Source: a virus (Duplodnaviria > Caudoviricetes). From it: a stretch of 36,264 nucleotides of DNA. Below the pieces are notes generated by a model. It saw only the letters and a program-made list of their open reading frames with translations, was not told the origin of the DNA and did not search any database. Shown here piece after piece: positions 7,202 to 16,335 of this stretch; position 1 is the stretch's first letter; every line of letters starts with the position of its first letter. The stretch lies in the IMG/VR virus record IMGVR_UViG_3300005612_000015, positions 1-36,264 of that record. One strand, given 5' to 3'. Both the position numbers and the translations under genes were made by a program.

Positions 7202-8050
7202 CTAAGGAAATCCATCCAATATTTCAACATCATCTATCCATTGCTCACTAGGGTATATATCTGGTATTCCATAAACTCCAAAAGGACAGATACGATTAAT
7301 GTGATTATTATAATCTCCATAATTTTGCTCGTAATGATCAGCAATAACTTCACCATTTACAGCCCAATATACGCGCCCATCCGGTTCATGACTTCTATGC
7401 CAAAAAAATTCCATTAAAAACCATTCGGCTAGTGGTACCACTACCTCTTTATTCCTTACCTGCCAGTCTTCTTTATATTCACCACTGATTGTATTTGGGC
7501 GATCACCATGAATATAAAAATGCAAATCACCATTAGGATGGATATTTGTATTAGTTGATACATAGGCCTCAATTCTATAGTCAGTATCTAATGTTTTCCA
7601 GAAAAAGACCGACCGCCAACTATTATGCCCCACAGATTCTTTTAAATTTGCTGGAAATTTCATCCAATATTTAATATACATATCACCATCCGTTATATTT
7701 GATGGGGACTCATAGTATAATTCGTACCATGATTGGGTGTTCTGGGATGCCTTTTGGGTTAGGCTCTGATATAAAACATTTTTAACAGCACCAAAACGAT
7801 CACTATTTAACTCTATATGAGTATCGAAATATTCAGATAAATCCGCAACGCTTACATCTCCATCTGGATTATTTATTATATGATGAAAATCTGATTTGCT
7901 TGGGTCCCATATTTTCATTGGCCACCCAGTCCCGATTCCGCCATCAATAGACTGGCGGCTGCCTGATACGTTAACCGTATTTTCAATCTCAGCCAATGAT
8001 GCATCAACCTCAAAATCTGATTTAAATTTAAATGGCCCATCCGAATCCTT
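7202..8050 (-). CDS. Polysaccharide-lyase / ConA-like jelly-roll domain; initiation unclear (possible recoding)
   Basis: YIKYWMKFP, VPLAEWF.ME.FW and DGRV.W.VNG motifs with a YP..QWIDDVEI..GFP C-terminus. The frame stays open upstream of TTG 7996 to the in-frame TGA at 8053-8051. Confidence 0.7.
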   Translation of the reverse strand, partial: KDSDGPFKFKSDFEVDASLAEIENTVNVSGSRQSIDGGIGTGWPMKIWDPSKSDFHHIINNPDGDVSVADLSEYFDTHIELNSDRFGAVKNVLYQSLTQKASQNTQSWYELYYESPSNITDGDMYIKYWMKFPANLKESVGHNSWRSVFFWKTLDTDYRIEAYVSTNTNIHPNGDLHFYIHGDRPNTISGEYKEDWQVRNKEVVVPLAEWFLMEFFWHRSHEPDGRVYWAVNGEVIADHYEQNYGDYNNHINRICPFGVYGIPDIYPSEQWIDDVEILDGFP

Positions 8051-8986
8051 TCAAGCCTCGCCTCCATCCGTGATGGTCCATCCATCAGAAACAAGCGCTG
8101 CTCTCGCGGTGGCAGCCGGGGATGGGGCTCCTGTATATTTACTGGTGCCAAAATTTATAGTTACATTTAGGTTATGTGGTTGTGCTTCCCAATTTATCAA
8201 CGTTGCATCATATATCTCTGTAGTCATTCCAAATCCAGACATAAAGCCAGAAGCAGAAGTCAGTGCAGCTATATTAAAATGTGATACATCAAGATCAATT
8301 AAATTGGAATTATTAAGAAACATATTACTCATATTTGTAACTTTAACAGTATCAAAAGAAGATAGAATTATAGTAGTCATCGAGTTACATGTATTACACA
8401 TTGAGCCCATATTTGTAACATTAGAAGTATCTAAACCACTTAAATCTAGGGTAATCAAAGAAACACAGCTAGTGAACGTAGAGTTCAGAACAGTACAGCC
8501 AGACGTGTCAGAAGTCCCCGCCACAACGGAAGCTAGATTGCCGCAACCATTGAATGCCCTTTGAAATGTAAGCCATCCTACAGTTCCAAAATTTTCAACT
8601 GTAATGACTTTATCTTTATCTCCTCCAGTATTGTTAAAATAAATATTAGGAAATGTCCCAGAAACAGTAATTGTATAAGTTCCAGCAACTGCATACGTAT
8701 GTGCTAAATCAGCGTCATTATATGTAGTAATATCTGATGTTGGCCCTCCATCTCCCCAATCAATTACGGCATTAAACACTCCCACATCAGCACATGGAAT
8801 TGTAAACGATTCTGATGCGCCAGTAGTTTCAACCGTGAACACAAAATCGGGATTTGTAAATCCGCCACCCGGCCATGATGTATCGCCGATCTTATTATTC
8901 ATAGCATACAGATTAGGCGCAATCCGCTGCATTAACGCACTGCGTTTCCGCATCAACAAAAGTGGCCGTATCATTTGTCTGATCAT
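8051..8986 (-). CDS. BspA/DUF285-type LRR adhesin with PKD-like domain (putative virion receptor-binding protein)
   Basis: IDWGDG...HTYA.AGTYTITVSG PKD motif, DTSNVTNM..MF repeats, and a YDATLI.W...LVSDGWTITDGG end. Start reassigned to ATG 8986, directly after the upstream TAA. Confidence 0.85.
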   Translation of the reverse strand: MIRQMIRPLLLMRKRSALMQRIAPNLYAMNNKIGDTSWPGGGFTNPDFVFTVETTGASESFTIPCADVGVFNAVIDWGDGGPTSDITTYNDADLAHTYAVAGTYTITVSGTFPNIYFNNTGGDKDKVITVENFGTVGWLTFQRAFNGCGNLASVVAGTSDTSGCTVLNSTFTSCVSLITLDLSGLDTSNVTNMGSMCNTCNSMTTIILSSFDTVKVTNMSNMFLNNSNLIDLDVSHFNIAALTSASGFMSGFGMTTEIYDATLINWEAQPHNLNVTINFGTSKYTGAPSPAATARAALVSDGWTITDGGEA

Positions 8987-8987
8987 A

Positions 8988-9731
8988 TTACTGTCCCGCG
9001 TTCCAGTGTGCTTGTATTCTGGCTTGTGGTAATTCAGTCCCGTAGAGTGCCCAGCTATCGTATTCAGCGTTACCGCGTGATACATCAGAGGCATCGCCGT
9101 AAGCATTCAATCTCAGAGTCCTGTCAGATATAACCTTTCTGTTTTCTGGTATGTTGGTTATATCGGTAGCATCAACGTATAAATTCCAGCCATTAGATCC
9201 GCTGTAAGTGACTACAATATAGTAGCTGGTTCCAGCAATTAATGATGTTGCGCTATTAACGCTAAACTGCGCGTCTGCCGCATCCCGGACACTTAGCCTT
9301 GCCTTAAAGTCGCCACCACCGATATCAGTTTGAGTCACCGCAAACAGAAAGTCTGAATCACCCCCCCATCTGGACATGATTACATCCCCGGCATTCAGCA
9401 CCTGTATGTCTGCCCATGCCTCAACAGAGAACGAACCCGACAAGGGAATGACACCGAGCGACGACTCCATAAGGGGCAAGCTGGTGGCCACTACCGCATA
9501 AAGTGATTGTATGCTACCGGCATGTAGTGGAGCCTTAGCAACACCGGGTGACGGGTTTATGACTTGCCCGTCATTGCCGTTGCCGGATGAATCAATCAGA
9601 GGTGCAGGAATATTGTCGTCTGAATCATCCTGCTTGTAATAGAATATCGGGCTATCGGCTGCTACCTCATCGTCATAAGTGAGACCGGGTAGTACTCCTC
9701 CGTCCCATGCCTGAGTACCTATAATAGTCAT
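8988..9731 (-). CDS. LamG/concanavalin-A-like virion protein
   Basis: ADSPIFYY..DD, DSSGNGNDG, SFSVEAW, YYIVVTY and LYVD motifs, with a D.WALY..EL...RI..HW end. Confidence 0.85.
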   Translation of the reverse strand: MTIIGTQAWDGGVLPGLTYDDEVAADSPIFYYKQDDSDDNIPAPLIDSSGNGNDGQVINPSPGVAKAPLHAGSIQSLYAVVATSLPLMESSLGVIPLSGSFSVEAWADIQVLNAGDVIMSRWGGDSDFLFAVTQTDIGGGDFKARLSVRDAADAQFSVNSATSLIAGTSYYIVVTYSGSNGWNLYVDATDITNIPENRKVISDRTLRLNAYGDASDVSRGNAEYDSWALYGTELPQARIQAHWNAGQ

Positions 9732-10648
9732 TACGGTATGGCGTTAAAGTTTAGCAGGGTTACAAAATAATCGAAGTTTGCAGCATTTACTGGGACCACT
9801 ATGTCAGTCGGGCTTGATACCGCTATACTCCCGTCCACAAATACATTTATTACTCCTGTAAGCACCTCAGTTGTAAACCTCTCTCCGCCTGTCGCATTCT
9901 GAGTGTCAAACGGAACATGGCTATCTGCGCTAAATCCATCAGATATGGCTCCTGTTGGCACCAACCGGCAATAAATAATTGTATCCGCCGTAACCTGCGC
10001 GGCATGCGCCTGTGCCGAGTTAAATCCGGATGCAGGGATAGGCACCTGGATAGTGTCCCTAGAGATGGCTGTAAGCGGATATCCTGCATCTACTACCTGT
10101 CCTGTTGCGTCCTGAATGACGGCATTATCTTCAGTGGCCGGGTCAACAAGCTGCATCAAATTTACAAGACCAGGGTCGTTGTTGATTACCGTTGTAACCG
10201 CCCCATCAAAGTCATAAATAAAGTCTGACGTTACCGGGAACCCATCAGGGGAAAAGCCATTTTTAACCCCAGTAATGTCAGCCGTAATCAAATCAAGCGG
10301 ATCATCCATTACAACCGTGATGATGTCCCCGACCTGGCTTGCTATCACCCCGTATGCAGGATCATTTGTTAACAGCCCTGATATCTCGACTCTTTGGTTG
10401 ACTATATAAAGAGTTTCTTTTGATGCAGGAACAGTAAAGGACGTGTCACTGTTAAGAACTGGCACCTCAGAATCATCAAGAAAGTTACGCCATTCCAATG
10501 TCTCATAAAAAACCCTGGTCGCCGCCTGAGACTCGCGCGCCCAATCATTAACAGCCGGGACAGGAGTTGCGCCCTCCGGGAGGTAGTCAGGGAGTTGCGT
10601 CCTATCGTTCCCTGCGGCAGTGTCTGCCCAATCGTTTAAATCAGTCAT
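9731..10648 (-). CDS. Tail fibre / spike adaptor protein
   Basis: N-terminal W..TAA.N.....PEG......VND.AR...A motif typical of podovirus fibre anchors. Confidence 0.7.
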   Translation of the reverse strand: MTDLNDWADTAAGNDRTQLPDYLPEGATPVPAVNDWARESQAATRVFYETLEWRNFLDDSEVPVLNSDTSFTVPASKETLYIVNQRVEISGLLTNDPAYGVIASQVGDIITVVMDDPLDLITADITGVKNGFSPDGFPVTSDFIYDFDGAVTTVINNDPGLVNLMQLVDPATEDNAVIQDATGQVVDAGYPLTAISRDTIQVPIPASGFNSAQAHAAQVTADTIIYCRLVPTGAISDGFSADSHVPFDTQNATGGERFTTEVLTGVINVFVDGSIAVSSPTDIVVPVNAANFDYFVTLLNFNAIP

Positions 10649-12375
10649 TGTTGATCCTCAGATAGGTATTCCCTGCCCACAATTGCGGGCAATCTCGCCA
10701 TGTGGGCAGATATTGCATTCTCATTCATTGGGCTGACTTTTGCCCCATCGACTAACCAATTCACAAATTTAGGATCTACCATTTTTTTAGCGAGCACCCG
10801 CTGTGGCATTGTCATGCCTAGCATACTGAGCATTGCTGTGGGACTTGACAACACCTCCATAACCCGCTCCATTCCTGCCGTCCCTGATGGATTTTTAACG
10901 TAACTCATGTCTTTTATAGCTTCAGACACGCCAACAAGATCATTTAATGACTTTCTTAGTTCTGTGTATTTTTTGCCTGAAAATAGAGCATTCTTTGCTT
11001 CTGGAGACAACTTATTCCACTCAGTCATAAATGATTGAGGAGAAAATACATCACCAGCAGCATTCTGTGTCCCTGGTTTTGCCATTCCCATTCTGTTTAC
11101 TGTTGTCGCAACAATATCGTCCCATTCATCAGATTTTAAATTGTTGCGCATACGGCCTAGCCGCTTCCCTGATTGGTCGGTCCCCTCCATTAGCCATTTG
11201 TATGCCCTGTCATCACGTTTAACCGCCTTTATTAAATCCGGCTTTGATATATTACTGTAATACCGTGTATACCTATCTAGCACATTAGAAGCATGCTCCT
11301 CCCCATATTCCTTAGCCATATCGTCAAGGTCTGACTTCAATGCGCCGTATACCCGGCGCATTGATGCTCCAGCCGGGCCTACATATCCACCGGCAATTGG
11401 AGGCTGCTCAAGTCTTGCACCAAGATCAGTCCTTGCTTCTCTTAATGCAGAATAAGGTATCTCTCCCTGTTCCCCAACAATCCCCTGTGCTTCTTTTATA
11501 GCGGGAGTCATGAATTTACGAGCACCAGGGGCAGCCGCCTGTTGCCTAGTCATACTTTCAGCAATCCCCTGTGTTGCCGTCATCGGCGACATAGCATCCG
11601 GCCCTACTTTTTCAACAAGCGCATCTTGTAATTCTTGGCGTCTGCCTTTAAACCGTTTTGTTGCTTCTAGTGCGCCTTCAGTAAGGATGTCACTAGCGCC
11701 TTCTCTCGACATGGAAGTTCCAACCTGCGCCGCCATTTGAGACTGTGCGTCCCCGAGTCCACTTAATACACTTTCTGTGTATTCACGCATCGTTTTGGCA
11801 GATCCAGGCATTTTATGCAAGCCTTCCTCGACTCCCTGAATCCACCTATTCCCCGTAACCATTCCCGCAGAAGGCTGGCCAATACCAAGGTTGGCAAACT
11901 GATTGACTATATCTTTAGCTTCACCCCCAAACATCCTATTTTTTACCGGGGCCATAAGGCCAGCAACATAAGCACCTGCAGGTTGTAAAAGACCGCCAGC
12001 CTTTTGACCGGCAATATTGGTAGCTACATTAGTAGTGGCACCAAGCAATCCAGTGGGCTCTATATCGACACCGCCCAGCTCTCTCTGTCCAATATCAGAT
12101 ATCTGCCCTCCTGCCTCAGCACCAAGTCCAGCGCCAATTAATATGCCAGCCGGACCGGTAGGCAAAGCGGCTGCCCCGCCAATAAGCCCACCAAGCACTT
12201 CAGACCCTACACGCGGCCAGTTAACATCCTCATACCACGCGCCCTCTTCCGGCTGTGCTGCAGGTTGGCTGACTTCAGGTTGAGCGCCTTTACCAAGCAG
12301 TTCTTTACCACCAAACTCCTTGCTTACATCATCGTAATACTTGCCAGAACCAGCAGATAGTTCATAGACTGCCAT
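10645..12375 (-). CDS. Internal virion / DNA ejection protein
   Basis: Gly/Ala-rich N-terminus, helical body, FSP..F.T.WNKL and NPSGTA motifs; last gene of a three-gene ejection cluster. Confidence 0.7.
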   Translation of the reverse strand: MAVYELSAGSGKYYDDVSKEFGGKELLGKGAQPEVSQPAAQPEEGAWYEDVNWPRVGSEVLGGLIGGAAALPTGPAGILIGAGLGAEAGGQISDIGQRELGGVDIEPTGLLGATTNVATNIAGQKAGGLLQPAGAYVAGLMAPVKNRMFGGEAKDIVNQFANLGIGQPSAGMVTGNRWIQGVEEGLHKMPGSAKTMREYTESVLSGLGDAQSQMAAQVGTSMSREGASDILTEGALEATKRFKGRRQELQDALVEKVGPDAMSPMTATQGIAESMTRQQAAAPGARKFMTPAIKEAQGIVGEQGEIPYSALREARTDLGARLEQPPIAGGYVGPAGASMRRVYGALKSDLDDMAKEYGEEHASNVLDRYTRYYSNISKPDLIKAVKRDDRAYKWLMEGTDQSGKRLGRMRNNLKSDEWDDIVATTVNRMGMAKPGTQNAAGDVFSPQSFMTEWNKLSPEAKNALFSGKKYTELRKSLNDLVGVSEAIKDMSYVKNPSGTAGMERVMEVLSSPTAMLSMLGMTMPQRVLAKKMVDPKFVNWLVDGAKVSPMNENAISAHMARLPAIVGREYLSEDQQ

Positions 12376-12376
12376 T

Positions 12377-13552
12377 TTAATCCTCTACCTTTACTGCGCT
12401 AGGGGGGAGACCATAGGTTATTATTGCTTGTTTCCATGCATTACCTATTTTCTTTTCATAAAGAGACAACTGCGCCAGAAGATCGCTACCGCTATATAGT
12501 GATACCTTCGTCGGGTCATATAACTGTTTTTGCATTAACTCAAGATCGGGACCACTTAATACCCCTAATTTTGCCAATTCCTTTGCCTGCATTAACAGGT
12601 CAGTATAAGCAGACCCAAGCATAAGCTTACCCTGCCCATGCCATTGTTCTGTGCCATGTTCTTGCAATAGCGATTTATACTCAGTCATTGCATTCCCGGC
12701 TGTTGCTAACTCATTCCATGCTTTCCTAGCCTCTTTGCGTTCCGCTTCAGGACGATATTTATATCCCCCTGAGACAACATCGGCCTCCGTTGATCCTGGT
12801 GGCAATGTCTCCCCTGTCTTAGGGTTAATCAGGTTAGCCGTTTCCTTAAATGGAACCATTTTAGACCCGCCGCCAACATTGACTGTTGTACCTGTAGTCT
12901 TTGCCATGTATCTTTTCATGGCTTCCTGATATGGCTCAGTTCCTTTTATGTATCCGGCTTCTTGAAGGTTTCTTGCAGCCGTTGTTCCCTGAACAGGTTT
13001 GGCAAACATCTGTTCCAGCATCTGCCTATTCGTTTCAACAGGATAATCCTGCCATTGCCGGCGATATAACTCTGCCGCCATTGGGTTAGTCGCCTCAAGC
13101 CCTGTGGCGGGCCGTGCGGCCTGTGCTGTCTGTACCGGCTGATTGGGCTGCCCTGTCGTTGAAAGTCCCGGTATAGGCTGCTCACCTGGGAACGTTTGCC
13201 CCTGTGGCTGTACATAGGGCTGTGGTTGCCCCATATTCTGCATAGGATCAATACCTAGCTCCTGCAATGCAGGCTGCGCCGGTTGACCGATCATTGATGG
13301 CATGCCCATTGCAAGCTGTTTTTCGCGGATATCTTTTGTTCGTTGTATTTCCTCAATCTGTGCAGCCGCCACCTCCTGCTGCTGTGCCTGGGCTTTCATT
13401 GCAGATTCTTGCCGCTGCATGGCCTGCATATTCAATAGACCTTGCTGCATACCGCTTGCCATTGTTCCACCGGGTTGGCCTCCTGAGAGTAGCCCGATAC
13501 CAAGGCCAAACAGTGGATTACTCAATAGACCCGTTGCGTAGTCGTTAGCCAT
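12377..13552 (-). CDS. Internal virion / ejection protein
   Basis: GLGIGLLSG N-terminus, Q/P-rich linker, TTVNVG motif, LGVLSGPD. Confidence 0.7.
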   Translation of the reverse strand: MANDYATGLLSNPLFGLGIGLLSGGQPGGTMASGMQQGLLNMQAMQRQESAMKAQAQQQEVAAAQIEEIQRTKDIREKQLAMGMPSMIGQPAQPALQELGIDPMQNMGQPQPYVQPQGQTFPGEQPIPGLSTTGQPNQPVQTAQAARPATGLEATNPMAAELYRRQWQDYPVETNRQMLEQMFAKPVQGTTAARNLQEAGYIKGTEPYQEAMKRYMAKTTGTTVNVGGGSKMVPFKETANLINPKTGETLPPGSTEADVVSGGYKYRPEAERKEARKAWNELATAGNAMTEYKSLLQEHGTEQWHGQGKLMLGSAYTDLLMQAKELAKLGVLSGPDLELMQKQLYDPTKVSLYSGSDLLAQLSLYEKKIGNAWKQAIITYGLPPSAVKVED

Positions 13553-14382
13553 TAAGAAGCTCCTACATATCCACCGTAGCCGCCGAGTAAGCCGCCAGCT
13601 ATAGCGCCAGGAAGCCCACCAACCTCAGCCCCTGCCACGCCGCCAGCTAAAGCTCCACCAGCCGTAGAGGCAAGTTGACTGCCGCCGGCAGGCTCATAAC
13701 CTGATACCGGAGCGCCAAACGGTCCAAACAATGTTGACTGCTGTTGTAACTGGGTATACGGAAGGTTTTGCTCGTATTCATAGCGGGCCATGTCTTCGTT
13801 TATCTGCTTTTGCTGCCAGTCCTCCTCCAGCCCACCCGCTGACAGAAGCCCTAGCGCCTGCTGTGATTGCATGGCCGGAGCGAGTCCAGCCGCTTCCTGT
13901 TGTCGTGCTCGCTCCTGGTCATAATATGGCATTGCCGCTTCCATACCGGCTTTTGTCATAGCTACTTGACTTGCAGGGCTTCCGTACCGGCCCGCCTCAG
14001 CAAACCGTGCCGCCGATGCTTCCATAGCCGGGTCCATAACAGCGCCCATCATCTCAGGACTAAGCCCTAGATAATCGCCTGCTAGCGTACTCTGGAGGTA
14101 CTCATTCGACGGAGCATAATTTACTCCGCCAAGCTCCTCGATACCCTGTCCTGTGTATCCGGACATGCCTGCATATGTCTGGCCGGGGAAATATCCTGGA
14201 CCGGGGGTACCTATATAGTTCTGAAGTTCTTGTGAATATTGCTTCAGTGGATCTTTATGGAATTTTGGGACCGCTGACCCTGCCCCTGGTTGGTCTGGAC
14301 TGTCGAATAAACCCATAGCATCCGCTCCTAAACTTAAACCGCCAGTTGCGACACCTAAACCAATTGAGCCCCAATCTGCCAT
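13552..14382 (-). CDS. Ejection (pilot) protein, P22 gp7-like
   Basis: YFPGQTYA, F..AGRYGS and RY.YEQNLPY..L motifs, with a Gly-rich hydrophobic C-terminus. Confidence 0.7.
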   Translation of the reverse strand: MADWGSIGLGVATGGLSLGADAMGLFDSPDQPGAGSAVPKFHKDPLKQYSQELQNYIGTPGPGYFPGQTYAGMSGYTGQGIEELGGVNYAPSNEYLQSTLAGDYLGLSPEMMGAVMDPAMEASAARFAEAGRYGSPASQVAMTKAGMEAAMPYYDQERARQQEAAGLAPAMQSQQALGLLSAGGLEEDWQQKQINEDMARYEYEQNLPYTQLQQQSTLFGPFGAPVSGYEPAGGSQLASTAGGALAGGVAGAEVGGLPGAIAGGLLGGYGGYVGAS

Positions 14383-14412
14383 GTCATCACCTTAATACAT
14401 TAATAGGTACAT

Positions 14413-14433
14413 ATAATAGCACTGTTGTCAACA
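14413..14433 (-). promoter_or_regulatory. Candidate extended -10 promoter with a short palindrome
   Basis: TGCTATTAT (14421-14413), preceded by the palindrome TGTTG-A-CAACA, in the gap upstream of the ejection genes. Confidence 0.35.
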
Positions 14434-14437
14434 ATAG

Positions 14438-14737
14438 TCACAGGCTATCGATCTCATCAATCTGTTCCTGAATTAGTTCTATCTCATCATTGAACCTGTC
14501 ATTCGTATCCGCCTGTCTGTCTTCTAATGAGTCGAGTTCATCTTGCAGGCCATCCTGGTAATCATCCTTCTCGCCAACGTCAACGGTTTCATCGCTTACA
14601 GTGACAAAATCTGTCGTATCCTCATCTTTGACTCTGTGGACCTCCTGCCGAAGCAAATGGTCGGGATCATCATCTAACAGCGAATAACTTACCGAGATGA
14701 ATGTTTTTACTTCTGTGGGGGCTTCTGTTGTCGCCAT
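14438..14737 (-). CDS. Very acidic small protein (possible fibre chaperone)
   Basis: D/E-rich with a C-terminal coiled coil; coupled to the upstream fibre gene by TAATG. Confidence 0.7.
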   Translation of the reverse strand: MATTEAPTEVKTFISVSYSLLDDDPDHLLRQEVHRVKDEDTTDFVTVSDETVDVGEKDDYQDGLQDELDSLEDRQADTNDRFNDEIELIQEQIDEIDSL

Positions 14738-16335
14738 TAGATTGAACTCAAGTTATCAACAAAGTTAACTGCAATTGATGTACCAATCAGCGTACCGCCC
14801 GTGACAACATCTCCGTTGCCAATCTCAATCCTAAATACATCAGTATCATTAGGTACGTTGATCAAATTGGTGAAATTAAAGGTCGTATCTTCTGCGTTCC
14901 TTGCAATAGAGACAGGTATCTCGTTACTACCTGTCCCTTGCGTTATATTAAAAAATCGAATATGCGTTAGTCTTGATTGTTGCGAGTTATTATGACCTTC
15001 AAGCGAGAACCCGCCAGAAAAACGCCAAACCCCATTAGTTGTGAAAGTAAACGTTTCTGCACCAATATCAAAAGATATGCCCCGCTGTGTTGGCGTGTCT
15101 AATGTATCGAATGGCAAGATTACCCATCCCGCACCAAGGTCAAAGTTTGGAATATCTATATCTTGTGATACAGACCCGTACCCGCTTACAGTCAGCTCAA
15201 CGATAAGCGTTTCAAGATTAGCCAACCTTCCCTCTAGTCCTGTAACTGCCGTTGTCGGGTGCTGATCAGATGCATCTCTATTACTAAGTAATGTGTGGTC
15301 TGTAACTCCAGCAACACTTCCCCCGCTCCCGCCAGAACCAAGCCTTGAAACAAGCCACGCGATATCTACATCAGAAAAGCTTGTCGCAGTGTCACTAACA
15401 CAAACCCAGCCAAGAAAAAACATTTCCCCGACTTCTGCAGGAAATACGATACTTTCCTCATCAGTCTGAAGATTATCCTTTGCCTCTTTTGCATTTAAAT
15501 ATTGATTCTGACCATACAGCAAGTAGAACTCGCGACTGTTTATACCAAGGTTATATAATCTGTGTATTGTTGCCTGCTGGCCTACCATTCCAGTAAGTGT
15601 ATCCCCTGTCGGGTTGTATACCTTTGGTATATCATTAACAGCAGCACCCAGTAATCCCGTCTGCGTTATCGGAATTAAATCTATTGGAAGTATGTCACTC
15701 CCTTCTGCTGGCAGGGTTATCGAATTAGGGTTTAGCCTGTCGTTTATCCAGTTAATAGAAGGGAAAAACACGACTGCCTCATTAAGCCATATTTGCAGTT
15801 GCCCCGTTACATCATGCAGATCAGATCCAGTTATATCCACGTTATGACGCATATCGTCATAGTTGTCTGTAGCCGTCTGTTTAACGATGGCAGGGGCATT
15901 TGCTATATCAGTGATTATCCCGCTACTGTGGTATATGGTCCCTAGATAAACCATCTCTCTGAAACTTGCCCCTGTTGGCGGGTCTGTAACCTCGACAACG
16001 GCGCCTGAACTATTTAGGAATATATCTGTTGACCCTGCTGTGCCTACAATCGTCAATGGAATACCCGTCAAACCAGACCATGTGAACTCTATGATTGATG
16101 TATTTCCGGGTTCAGTGTAGCTATCGAATATCTCGCCATTGCCATCGGATATATCAAATGTTGCCGGGTCCGCTAACGTCATAATCCCACCAGCAACAAC
16201 ACCGGACATTGACGCCACACGCTGCTCTATAGACTGAGCATGGTCAATCATTGCCTCTTGTACATTAGTCTTGTCTGACGTTGGGTCGTCAGTAGGGTCA
16301 TAGACATGTGTAATCGCGATCGGAGTGAAACTCAT
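14737..16335 (-). CDS. Tail fibre/spike protein with a C-terminal C1q/TNF-like beta domain
   Basis: GSGGSGGS linker, DHTLLSNRDASDQHP fibre motif, short coiled coil and beta-sandwich tip. Start is ATG 16335 (ATGA overlap). Confidence 0.75.
   Translation of the reverse strand: MSFTPIAITHVYDPTDDPTSDKTNVQEAMIDHAQSIEQRVASMSGVVAGGIMTLADPATFDISDGNGEIFDSYTEPGNTSIIEFTWSGLTGIPLTIVGTAGSTDIFLNSSGAVVEVTDPPTGASFREMVYLGTIYHSSGIITDIANAPAIVKQTATDNYDDMRHNVDITGSDLHDVTGQLQIWLNEAVVFFPSINWINDRLNPNSITLPAEGSDILPIDLIPITQTGLLGAAVNDIPKVYNPTGDTLTGMVGQQATIHRLYNLGINSREFYLLYGQNQYLNAKEAKDNLQTDEESIVFPAEVGEMFFLGWVCVSDTATSFSDVDIAWLVSRLGSGGSGGSVAGVTDHTLLSNRDASDQHPTTAVTGLEGRLANLETLIVELTVSGYGSVSQDIDIPNFDLGAGWVILPFDTLDTPTQRGISFDIGAETFTFTTNGVWRFSGGFSLEGHNNSQQSRLTHIRFFNITQGTGSNEIPVSIARNAEDTTFNFTNLINVPNDTDVFRIEIGNGDVVTGGTLIGTSIAVNFVDNLSSI

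Noticed and set aside
8051-8986. DGR target in the BspA-like adhesin
   Set aside because: No reverse transcriptase and no template/variable repeat pair visible in the window.
8987-9106. N-terminal extension of the BspA-like gene
   Set aside because: It overlaps the LamG gene; ATG 8986 directly follows that gene's stop.
14395-14431. Canonical sigma70 promoter using TTGACA at 14431-14426
   Set aside because: No good -10 hexamer at 16-18 bp spacing.
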